Shown here piece by piece: positions 53,330-64,000 of a stretch of DNA of 64,000 nt. A program made the translations under genes and the position numbers. The stretch is from Chiloscyllium plagiosum. Its lineage: Eukaryota. The DNA lies in contig NC_057751.1 in the NCBI RefSeq assembly GCF_004010195.1, positions 9,493,611 through 9,557,610 on the forward strand, given 5' to 3'. Position 1 is the first letter of the stretch. Each line of letters starts with the position of its first letter. The notes under the pieces were generated by a model that saw nothing but the letters and a program-made list of their open reading frames with translations, had not been told where the DNA came from and did not search any database.

Positions 53330-54720
53330 CTTGGAGTGCAGGAGGCGGTGGAAGAAAGTGCTCTCTTGCTCCTCCTCTGACGAATCTGGGCTAAAAAGCG
53401 TCGTCAACATCCGGGTGGTGGGCCGGCTCTCCGACACGTCAGGACGCCTACAAAAGGCAACGAGGCGGGCGTTCGCGTTAGATGGCGGACAGCTGGTGGC
53501 CTGGAGAGAGAGTTTCTTAGCGACTCTGATACTCACTTTCGGCGCTGAGAAATATTGGCGGGATTGGAAGCGGCGGGAGGGGAAGACGAGGGACGGGCAA
53601 TTTAGCCTGCGTTGCGTGAGGCGCCGCATTTCCACACTCGGTCGGATTCGTGAGCCGAGAGCGTGGCTGGGCCCTGCCGGCTCCAACCCCCGACTGAATC
53701 CTCGCTTCGAGTCGTTTGAATTGGTGAGTCCGGTTGTGCCGGTCATCAAGGCTCGGCGGGAGGAAGGGAAGCCGAAAGGACGGGGGCTGGCAGAGAGCAG
53801 ATTATTTCGGTTAGGTCGCTGTACGTGGTGTCCTGTCGCACGCGGGCGCAGCTTATTCCGGAACAATCCGGATGCGGCCAGTCAGCCGTCGCGACGAAGG
53901 GGAGCCTCGGACTGGTGTCCAACTGACCAGGAGCGCGCGCCAGGGTATTGCAGGTCTGATGGATATATTTGGGGGGGGGGGGCGAGCGAGATGGTGAGAA
54001 AGGTTTGTGAGGGTCCGGTTCTTGAGTCTGCGCAGAGCAGGGCTCAGGGAGCGGACCGGTGCTGAGTCTGAGCCGAGGTGGCCCGGGATTCACGGGAATG
54101 GCGGGGAGAGAGAGAGAGAGAGAGACACCGTTCGACAGACAAGGACACCATTGACATTGCACCAACTCAGCCCGCCCTCCCCACCCGCCTGGCGTCGGCT
54201 GCCCTGCCGGTTGGGGCGTTGCGCCGCATTCATGTTGTCTCGGGAGCGGTCAAGTGGCATGGGGGAGTCTCTCGGGGGCGGGAAGGTGGTTGCGGGGAAT
54301 GGGGCGGAGGGTCTGGGCGCTAGTGCACCATGGCACCTTTGTGCTGGTCCTTACGGAATGCTCGTTGGGTTGTTCCGAACACATTATTGGGTTTCCCCTT
54401 CATTGGTGAGAGAACGGCGGGCGGCAGTCTATTTCCTGTTGACTCTGGACAAACGATTTTTAAAAAAAGAAGGCGCGAAAATGGGATGGCGCTCTCCATT
54501 TCAAACAGGAGACTTGAAAACCACAACCGTGCAGTCGATATTCGGGCTCTAATTCATTCCGGCCACTGCGGTCTACACTCGACGTTATAAATATTGATAA
54601 TGTTTCATCGAACGTCTGATTTCGCGATTAATAAACTTGCGTTAAGATCTGAGTCAAACGAGCTTTCATAGTTGGATGCAACCTGTTAACTATAGGGTTG
54701 CATCGTCGAGGGTTATGAGT
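53330..54720 (+). promoter_or_regulatory. CpG island / SLC20A1 promoter and non-coding first exon(s)
   Basis: Abrupt GC/CpG rise; GC-box-like gaggcgggc (about 53462), inverted CCAAT gattgg (about 53563), and donors TTG|gtgagt (53723) and ATG|gtgaga (53993). Confidence 0.85.
54106..54125 (+). repeat. (GA)10 microsatellite
   Basis: Direct reading. Confidence 0.9.
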
Positions 54721-55589
54721 GGTCTGATTTTTCTGCCGAAGCAGTAACATTTGTTTGAGGTTTGCTGATATGAACGTGCACCTACTGTTAGAAATCATTG
54801 ACAACAGTTAGATGTGGATACTCAACAATTCAAAACACCTTCACCTCGCCTTAATTATTCAATGATCACACTTTTACTGAGGCTGCTTCAGTTCAGCACT
54901 TGTTTTGCAAGAAAAATTATGTGGAACGTTTTCGGATGTTTATATATTTTTCAGAGATAAATGCAGTTCGTTGTTACTTTTCAGTTTGTTTCAAGAAGTT
55001 TTTTTGGAATCACATTAGGTGCAGTTGAGATAGAAATTCGCCATGCAATGGAAACATGGTCATAAGATGAGCTGGAAAAGGGTAGATGAGTGTGTCAATG
55101 AATGGTGTCGGATGTCTGAAGGACAAGGCTTTTGAGGGGGAGGGGTGGTCAGGGTGTGTAAAAAGGTAGATGAACCTTGAAGATGAGCTGAGAATCTCTA
55201 GCCAATCTCTATTCCAACACAGCCATGGCCAGACACTTTGATGCATGACATTTGGTGGGGAGTTGGCAAAAATTGCCATTTTATGTGCTGAATGTCATTT
55301 TTAAAGGTTTGGATTTGCTTGTTGCATTTGTTTTCACCAGTGTTCCTGAGATGCAATAAGCTTGTGTCTTCATTTTTGGTTTCTTTTTTCCCTGTTAGCC
55401 AGTTGTTAATGTTGGTTGTTCTCCCAGTCGTGGTTGCATTGTTGAGGTCTGGAAATGGACTTGGGTCTCATCAGTTTGAGTACATGTAGAGGTGCCACCT
55501 GTCGGCTCCTCTGCAAAGCCAGAGTCTGCTGGGTCTCAACTAAGCATTCAAAACCTTAAATTATGCCTTTCTGAGGTGAAACCTGTTCT

Positions 55590-56380
55590 AATGCCCAGCA
55601 GCCAGGTGAAATACAGTGTAGAAAAGTGTGAAGTCATGCACTTTGGTAGGAACAATAGAGGTATGGACTATGTTCTAAACTGGGCGTATATTCAGAAATC
55701 TGAAGTGCAAAGGGACTTATTGAGATTTGTTCAATGTAAATTTGCAGGTTGTCATGAGTTAGGAAAGTAAATACAATGCTGTCATTTGTCTTAAGACAAC
55801 TAGAATATAAAGGCAGGCATGTACATCTGAGGCTTCTTAAGACTTTGGTCAGACTGCATTTGGAGCATTGTGAGCCAATTTGGGCTGCATACCACAGGAA
55901 AGAAGTTTTGGCCTTGGAGCAGGTCCAGAGGAAGTTATGAGACTGATCCCGGTAATGAAAAGCTTCATAATTGAGCACTCTGGGACTATACTCAATAGAA
56001 GGGGGATCTGATTCAAACTTTGAGAATACTGAACGGCCTGGATAGAGTGGTCGTTGGGAAGATGTTTCCAGGGGAAGGATTGATGAGGACTCGAGGGCAC
56101 AGCCTTAGAGTAAAGGGAAACCCTTAGAACTGAGACAGGGATAAACCTCTTGAGCCAGAGAGTTGTTAATCTGTGGAATTCACTGCTACAGAAGGCTTTG
56201 AAGGCCAGGTAATTCTGTATATTTAAAATAGATAAGTTCTTGGTTGCCAAAGGAATTAAAGGAGGGAGTGGGGATAAAGTGGAAACATGGGGTTGAGGAG
56301 CATATCATCCATGATCAAATGGCAGAGCAGACTCCATGGGGTCGGATGGTCGAATTTGTGTTCCGATGTATTATGTTGTT
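55590..56380 (+). mobile_element. CR1 3' part, diverged, in SLC20A1 intron 1
   Basis: KCEVMHFGRNN, LVRLHLEHCEP and NLWNSL remnants. Confidence 0.8.
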
Positions 56381-56768
56381 TCTACCTGACATGTAAAACT
56401 CCAAATTTCCCAGTTTAATAATGACAATGGCATTTAAGGAAACTGTTCCAAAGTTTGTGGATGAAATCTATTTTTCTTCAGTCATGTGACTTTGTGACGC
56501 CAGTTTTGGTGGTTTTGAATTCTCTTCACTGATTGTGCTACTGTCGAGTTGGAAAAATACAGTACTGTACTTCAATTATTAGCAGTGAAGTCAGGCTTCA
56601 TTGTGCAAGTTTCGAAATTGTCACAATCTAATTTGCAGAGAAATGTGTCTTTAAGAGTCTTGATACTGTTCTGATCTTTGGACTTGGGTGACAATGAGTG
56701 GTCAAATAATCCATATTTGTTTGCTTTTTTCACAGGATGAAGAACATCCCAAATCTGCTGTATTCGCA

Positions 56769-56846
56769 ATGGATTTCACTTCAATCCTTCTAATTGTTGA
56801 CTGTTTTAAAAACCCTGCAAGACAGACTGTTAAGCGCAGTGGATAG
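56769..56846 (+). CDS. Upstream ORF in SLC20A1 5'UTR (25 aa, MDFTSILLIVDCFKNPARQTVKRSG)
   Basis: gcaATGG strong Kozak; lies after the acceptor ttttttcacag|G at 56736; TAG at 56844-46; followed by 169 nt without ATG before the main start. Confidence 0.6.
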   Translation: MDFTSILLIVDCFKNPARQTVKRSG

Positions 56847-57015
56847 CAATTACTGCTACACAACACTTGAGTGTAGTGCAGATTAATCTTAAGCTTTTAT
56901 TTAATCCAGTTATTTATTAGATATCTACATATTTTGTTACCTTATTTTGTATATTTAAGTCAATAGTATTTTTTTAAAACTCCATACCTCTGAAGCATTA
57001 CAAGCCTGGGTGAGC

Positions 57016-57304
57016 ATGGCGCTAGACGAGTACTTATGGATGGTTGTAGTTGGTTTCATCATTGCATTTATTCTGGCATTTTCTGTGGGAGCAAATGATG
57101 TTGCTAATTCATTTGGAACGGCTGTTGGTTCGGGAGTGCTGACGCTTCGAAAAGCCTGCATCTTGGCGACCATCTTTGAGACGGTGGGTTCTGTGTTGCT
57201 GGGTGCCAGAGTCAGTGAGACCATCCGTAAAGGAATAATTGATGTGGAGATGTTCAACTCGAGTCAAGAAGTGCTAATGGCTGGATCAGTCAGCTCCATG
57301 TTTG
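57016..57304 (+). CDS. SLC20A1: Sodium-dependent phosphate transporter 1 (PiT-1), first coding exon
   Basis: agc[44 protein letters not shown]...[37 protein letters not shown](G); GANDVAN signature; ends TTTG|gtaagt; in-frame stop upstream at 56956. Confidence 0.95.
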
Positions 57305-57570
57305 GTAAGTAACAAATGGTGGAATTAGCTTTTTTGTGCTCTGTGGTTTCATGTAAAAGCAGGGAAGTTAAGTATTCCATAGGGCTTTTAACAAGATCAT
57401 TTTGATGTAAATGTACCTGGGTTTTTTTTTCATCAATGTCATTAATTTACTTGCTGTCCTGGATATATCATATTACAGTTGATGAACGTTCTGGGAGTTG
57501 ATTGAAAGAAAAGGCAGAATCTCTACTGGCAGTGGAATAATGACATGAAATGTATTTTTGTCTTCGACAG

Positions 57571-57711
57571 GTTCTGCTGTCTGGCAGTTACTGGCTTCAT
57601 TTTTGAAGCTCCCTATATCTGGTACCCATTGCATTGTGGGTGCTACCGTTGGTTTCTGTTTGGTGGCTGCAGGTGCCCAAGGTGTGAAGTGGCTGGAACT
57701 GCTTAAGATAG
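57571..57711 (+). CDS. SLC20A1: SLC20A1 coding exon 2
   Basis: gacag|GTTCT...ATAG|gtaaat; 141 bp; [46 protein letters not shown]. Confidence 0.95.
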
Positions 57712-58361
57712 GTAAATTTGTAATTTTAGCTGATCTGTGGCTGTAAGACCACTTCAGATTTACACCCCATATTGCATCGTATTCTTGATGCATAAAACAA
57801 TATGGCTGATTGTTGACAATAGGACCAACTTAATGTCCTGATTAATTGTGCATGTTATTGTTAATTGTTGAAAGTGAATTATGAGAGACTGACAGATGGA
57901 GTGCTTGTGCTGCAAGAACTTGATTTATAGAGTGGGTCAGAGTTCGGCAAGAGTCCTACCCCAATTTTATTTTTGAACACTTTTACTCCAGCAAACTCCT
58001 CAAAAAATTCCTGTGATTGCTTCTAACCACTTGAAAATCATTAAATTGATGTTGATGTATTTTAATGAATATATGTTTGAAAAAAATAGTGACGCTTGTT
58101 GAATAGTTTTGGAGACTGTCCTTTGTTTGAGCGGTGTATACTCTTATATGGTGTTGGACAGCTTACACATTTGAGTATACTGAAACATGGACAATGTATT
58201 TTTCACAATTTGTTGCTACTTAACATTGCGAAATCACTTGCTGTGGTCACAAAGAACATCCCAGATGAAACCAATATTGAGGTTGCATGCATTTTCAGAA
58301 TTACTATGTATCTGTGTTGTAACCTTGGTTTTTTTTTTTCTCTCCTCTCCAATTTGGACAG

Positions 58362-58447
58362 TTGGTTCTTGGTTCATTTCACCACTGCTATCTGGAATCA
58401 TGTCTGCTGCTGTCTTTTACTTGGTCCGTTTCTTCATTTTACGCAAG
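58362..58447 (+). CDS. SLC20A1: SLC20A1 coding exon 3
   Basis: gacag|TTGGT...CGCAAG|gtagga; 86 bp; (V)GSWFISPLLSGIMSAAVFYLVRFFILRK. Confidence 0.93.
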
Positions 58448-58929
58448 GTAGGACAATCTGGAATAACTTTGAGAAGGAATGTGATCTCGTTTGAATTTGG
58501 AGCCTATTTCTGTGGTTCGTACAGGGAATTTCAAGAAGAATTGTTTGATTTGAAAATCTAGCTTTGATACTTGCTCAAACATTGCTTCAAACTTGTTTTA
58601 TTGCTCAGTTGGTGGCTGAAGTGGAACTGAAGAAGTGATACTGTGAGTTGTTTCACTTCGAGTTTGCGTTTTCCTGCTTCAAGTTGAACATGATCCAAGG
58701 GTTTGTTTCAGAATGCCTAAAAGTGTTTCGAGGTGAATCCTGTGGAATTTCATGTTCAGAAGAAAATAGCTATGAAAAATGAAGCTGGTTTTTCCTTAAT
58801 ACTTTGGTAAAAATATTTGCTTTGGCACCTGTAAACGTGGTGCAGTACTGGAAAATGTCAGCCATCTGTGTTAACCTATATAATAGTGTTCTTTTTAGTT
58901 GTGTTCTGCCTCCGAGCTTACTTTTACAA

Positions 58930-60980
58930 ATCAGGACTCTGCTCACCTTTCGAGGACCCCTTCGCCCCCCTCCAACACACTCCATCCACCTGGACACCCT
59001 GTGCTGGCCGATTACCTGTCCTCGACCTCTTCGTTTCTAACTGCCGCCGGGACGTTAATCGCCTCAACCTGTCCAACCCCTCCCATTCACAACGCGCTAC
59101 CCTCGACTCCCTCTACTCCAATCCCAACCTCACCATCAAGCCAGCGTATAACGGGGTGCAGTGGTAGTCTGGCGCACTGTCCTCTACATCGCTGAAGCCA
59201 GACGCCAACTCGAAGACACTTCCTCCTACTGTCCCCTTGACCATGACCCCCCCCGCCACCCCATCACCAAACCATCATCTCCCAGACCACACAGAACCTC
59301 ATCACCTCAGGAGATCTCCCACTCTCCGCTTCCAATCTCATAGTCAGGGAACCCTGCATTGCCCGGTTCTACCTCCCTTCCCAAGATCCAAAGCCTGGCC
59401 GACCCATTGTCTCAGCATGCTCCTGCCCCGCTGAATTTATGTCTGTCTACCTACCTCAACACTGTCGTATCCCCCACCCCCAGTCCAGGAACTCCCCACA
59501 TAGGTTTGAGACACCACCCATGCCCTCCACCTCCTCCAAGACTTCCGTTTCCCCGGCCCCCAACACCTCACCTTCACCATGGATATCCAATCCCTCTACA
59601 CCTCCATTCGCCATGACCAAGGCCTCCAAGCCCTCCATTTCTTCCTCTCTCGACATCCCCAACAGTACCCTTCCACCATTCATTTGGCTGACCTCATCCT
59701 TAACAATTTCTCCTTCGAATCCTCCCACTTCCTCCAGACCAAAGGGTTAGCCACGGGCACCCGTATGGGCCCCAGCTATACCTGTCTCTTTGCTGGCTAC
59801 GTAGAACAGTGCATCTTCCGTAGTTACACTGGCACCAGTCCCCACCTCGTCCTCTGCTACATTGATGACTGCATTAGTGCCACTTCATGCTCCCGTGAGG
59901 AGGTTGAGCAATTCATCAACTTCACCAACACATTCAACCATGTCCTTAAATTTACCTGGACCATCTCTGACACCTCCCTCCCCTTCTGGGATCCCTCCAT
60001 CTCCATTAATGACGATCGACTTGACACCGTCATTTTTTTTTTTACAAACCCACTGACTCCCACAGCTACCTGGATTACATCTCTTCCCATCCTACCTCTT
60101 GCAAAAATGCCATCCCATATTTCCAATTCCTCTGCCTCTGCTATATCTGCTCCCAGGAAGACCAGTTCCACCACAGAATACACCAGATGGTCTCCTCCTT
60201 TAGACACCGCAATTTCCCAACCCTCCAACTGTTACAAGGACAGAACCCCCTGGTGCTCCCCTTCCACCCTACCAACCTTCGCACAAACCAAATCATCCGA
60301 CGACATTTCCACCACCTCCAAACGGACCCCACACCAGGGATATATTTCTCTCCCACCCCTTTCTGCCTTCTGCAAAGACCGTTCCCTCCGTGACTACCTG
60401 GTCGGGTCCATGCCCCCCCCCCCTCCAAATAACCCACCCTCCCGTCCTGGCACCTTCCCCTGCCACCGCAGGAATTGAAAAACTTGCGCCCACACCTCCT
60501 CCCTCACCTCCATCCAAGGCCTTAAAGGAGCCTTCCACATCCATCAAAGTTTTACCTGCACATCCACCAATATCATTTAGTGTATCCGTTGCTCCCGATG
60601 TGGTCTCCTCTACATTGGGGAGACTGGGCGCCTCCTAGCAGAGCGCTTTAGGGAACATCTCCGGGACACCCGCACCAATCAACCAAACCGCCCCGTGGCC
60701 CAACATTTCAACTCCCCCTCCCACTCTGCCGAGGATATGGAGGTGCTGGGCCTCCTCCACCGCNNNNNNNNNNNNNNNNNNNNNNNNNNNNNNNNNNNNN
60801 NCCCACCTCTCATTTATCTCTCCACCCTGCAGGCACTCTGCCTGTATTCCTGATGAAGGGCTTTTGCCCAAAACGCTGATTTTCCTTCTCCTCGGATACT
60901 GCCTGAACTGCTGTGCTTTTTCCAGCACCACTCTAATCCAGAATCTGGTTTCCAGCATCTGCAGTCATTGTTTTTACTTA
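58930..60980 (+). mobile_element. Penelope-like retroelement (RT + GIY-YIG + terminal repeat) in SLC20A1 intron
   Basis: ORF 59579-60478 has MDIQSLYTSI, GLATGTRMGPSY and YIDD; GIY-YIG CIRCSRCGLLYIGETGRLLAERFREH at about 60580-60660; terminal repeat with mutated hammerhead core at 60845-60960. Confidence 0.93.
60764..60801. other. Assembly gap (38 N)
   Basis: Run of N inside the Penelope element. Confidence 1.
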
Positions 60981-61859
60981 GTCTTATAATGCCAGGTGTC
61001 CATGGTGAGTTTTAATGTTGCCGTATTCAACAAGGTCACCAAGATATAGGATGATCTATTACATGACAAAATCGTGATTAACAGATTGTGTTGATAGTAG
61101 TATCTTGCTCCCATTGTCAAACGCTTTCTTTCAAGCAAAAACACCAATTTCACAGTTTATGAGCAATCTATTGTGATGCTGCTTGCGCATTTCTTTTGTT
61201 TGTGACCCTCCATTCTGATTCATAGTTTTGGAATGAAGTTTTATGATTTTGTTCAAAAATCATTTGCACTTTGGTCTTGAAACAGAAAGAAGACTGTTAG
61301 TATTTTGATATTAACTTCAGTGGCAGAGTTGCTGCAACAGAACTTGATCACCAGACTAGATAAGAGGCTCAAATTGGCTGTTGATCGTGTTTTGGTCTGT
61401 TACAGCTTTGGAGGAGAGTTTGTTGCATATTTCGATATGCAACTTTTGTTACCATTAGTCAAGGATGATGGTTCCTCTGAAGCTCTATCATCTTAGATGT
61501 TCGAATTGGATCAGCTGAGATGTTATTTCTGGTTTAAATGAAGAAACTATTTATAGGTTACATTTGCAGTAATCAGCAGCCTAACTTGGAATTACAGCAA
61601 GGGTTCTGCAATTACTTAGTTGCAAGAACATGGCTCCTCTCCTTCTCTTGTTGTGACCATCTCCAGTTCGTTAACCGTGAGGAATTCTGCTCCTTTTTCA
61701 CTCTGATATCATGTGCTAAAACTGTTAATTGCCCTAGTGTTTACATTGATGTATCATTGCAATGTAGCTTCCAGGTTGTCTACATCCTTCATTGGGGGGA
61801 ATTTGATGATGAAAATTGAATATTTCTCCAGCTGATGGTGAAATGATATTATTGTTTTT

Positions 61860-62900
61860 GTTTAGAATTCTTTTGAGATAATCATGTTCGACCAAGTGAG
61901 CCAGTATATATGATCTATTTGAATTTCAATCAAGATGTTGACAAGGTGTCACACAGGCTGCTAAATAAGACCCCACCGTGTAAGGCATGGTTCAGAGATT
62001 ACTAACTGGCAAAAGGCATAGTGTGCAGTAAGGGATGGCAGCTGGTGACTAGTGGAGCTTGGGACCACAAATATTCATATCATGTATTCCTGGTTGGGAG
62101 GGATTTTTTGCTCCGTTTGCACATGACAGAAAGCTCGATGGAGGGGTAAGTAGTGTTGAGGAAGCAAGGAGGCTTCAGAACAACTTGGACAAGCAAGGAA
62201 AGTGGACCAGATAGCAGCAGCTGGATTACCTTTTTAGGAAGTATGAGGTCCTGCAGAAGCAATACAGACATAAACCAGCTGGTAAATGGGCAAGAAATTT
62301 GAAGCATAAATGACTTCTGAATCCTCAGTCAGGATTCTCTTGAAGTTTAACAGGTTAAACTTCATTTGGCAGTTAGGAAGGCAAATGCAATGTTCACATT
62401 TATTCTGGTCATCTTGAAATAAAAGAGGAGAGAGACTGCTGAAGCTATACAAAGCTGTGGACAGAGTGTATTTGGAGCCTCAGAATGACGGGCTGGTCAT
62501 GTGAAGAGACATTGAGGACTCTGGGTCTGCACTTGATGGAGTTTAGAAGGATGAGGGAGGATCTGATTGAATGTGACCGGACCTCTCAGTATTTTACTAT
62601 GCTTAAATAAGGAGAAGATGCTTCAATGAGAAGGAGAGACTAGAACTAAGGGCACAGCCTCGGAATGAAGGGATGATCTGTCAGAACGGAGATGAGGAAT
62701 TTCTTCAGCCAGAGGGTAGTTAATCTCAAAGTCATGGCTACAAAGGGACACCGGATGCCATGTCGTGGATGATGAATAAGACAGATTGACTGACTGGTTC
62801 TTCGTTAGTCAGGAGTTTCAGGCTTTAAGAGTGGTTTTGAAAACAAGTATGATTACATGGTACTGCAGAAGCAAGGGGCTGCATTCTTTTTCTGTATATT
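61860..62900 (+). mobile_element. Old CR1 LINE fragment
   Basis: Decayed DMIYLNF..DKVSH.LLNK, RLQNNLD and RNFFSQRVVNL remnants. Confidence 0.7.
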
Positions 62901-63081
62901 GTGATCTTACATCTATTGGCCTTTTCAGTGGTTTCCAGGAGCTGTATGCGGCATTAACGTTGCCACTTCTGATCAGGAAGAAAAAATCTGGCCAGATTGA
63001 CTGCTTATTTTAGGTTTTAGTTGAAGAAAAATTGGTTTGAAGACAAACTTTTTCTTATTTTGCTGATGTGAAATTTTGCAG

Positions 63082-63178
63082 GCTGACCCAGTGCCAAATG
63101 GACTTCGAGCCCTGCCTGTCTTCTATGCCTGTACAATTGTGATCAATCTTTTCTCGATCTTGTACACAGGAGCACCTC
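63082..63178 (+). CDS. SLC20A1: SLC20A1 coding exon 4; gene continues right of window
   Basis: ttgcag|GCTGAC...CACCTC|gtaagt; 97 bp; [32 protein letters not shown]. Confidence 0.95.
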
Positions 63179-64000
63179 GTAAGTATCAACAAATGGAAAT
63201 TCGAGATTCCTTCTTTTAAGAGTATTTGGACATGTGCGTAAATGTGTGTCAGCTTGTATTCAGCCGTAAGGTTGAACAGGAAGGGTTTGGTTACAGAGAA
63301 TCTCCAACATGCTTGGGTGAATTAGAAGCTTTGTCAATTGTGTTTCGAATCAAGTACTATTATTGCTTCATTTGATGTTTAAGTCTGTGGTCATAATTTA
63401 AAAAGTAGTCGGTGAGGAATATTGGACGCGTTTGCTGTTGATATGCTGTTAAATATGGCTATTTTAAGACTGGGTCAATGCAGTAATATCAGGTTGTTAG
63501 CTTTCAAGCCATTGGAATGGAGAACGTAACATTTCCAGTTACTTTTAGTTAACTACAAGAGTATGGGTCAGGAATGGATTTGCATATTAGTAGCTTCCTA
63601 GCTTTGTAATTTCCTTCGACAATTTTGTACAGAGACAGAAAATTGCAATGGTCCTCAGAATTGTTTCTGATTTCCATTGTGGTGTTGGCTTTTGGAAATG
63701 GAGGCTTCCTTCAGATGTTGCTAAGACTATAATTTTGTCTGCTAGTAACGATAGGATTGGGTTGGTTATTTTTAGTCCCAAGGTTTTTTCTGGTGCCCAT
63801 GCAAGTTGACAAGATCTTAAGTTTTTACTGACTAGAGTTGGTAATATTTCCTTGCACCGTTGTTAAGCTTTCAGATTATACTGCGTAGACATGCTTATCT
63901 TGTTTTGTAAAGTGTGTGTTTTCTCTTGCTAGTATTGGGATTTGATCGAATTCCATTTTGGGGTACCGTGCTGATTACAGTGGGGAGTGGTCTGATCTGT

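Noticed and set aside
53201..54590. Long ORFs of 244, 221, 181 and 139 aa in the CpG island
   Set aside because: Overlapping on both strands, Arg/Gly/Pro-rich and without recognisable domains; expected from stop-poor GC-rich DNA.
54675..54704. 9-bp-arm hairpin gatgcaacc...ggttgcatc
   Set aside because: Too short to distinguish from chance.

Overview
Vertebrate genomic DNA, very probably a cartilaginous fish (shark-type HE1/V-SINE, SacSINE1-like DeuSINE, many CR1 LINEs and Penelope-like elements). There are two spliced host genes, both partial and arranged head-to-head about 41 kb apart. (1) An NT5C2-like/NT5DC4-type cytosolic purine 5'-nucleotidase on the minus strand, with four coding exons at 12809-12676, 6635-6562, 6045-5928 and 2528-2433; it continues off the left edge. 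(2) SLC20A1/PiT-1 phosphate transporter on the plus strand, with a CpG-island promoter at about 53.3-54.7 kb and four coding exons at 57016-57304, 57571-57711, 58362-58447 and 63082-63178; it continues off the right edge. Most of the rest is nested retrotransposon debris. The most interesting signals are: (a) a 25-codon strong-Kozak uORF in the SLC20A1 5'UTR that appears to be peptide-conserved with the human leader (recalled, unverified) and can be extended by an ATG at a candidate exon-1 donor, making it a candidate phosphate-responsive translational control element; (b) two or three families of short Penelope-derived insertions with minimal hammerhead-ribozyme cores, fold-back structure and 10-16 bp target-site duplications; (c) a block of about 3.5 kb (46-49.5 kb) with two diverged copies of a TATA-bearing module, each followed by a decayed intronless reading frame of unknown origin. 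Repeat boundaries are approximate, and family names come from recognition rather than searches.
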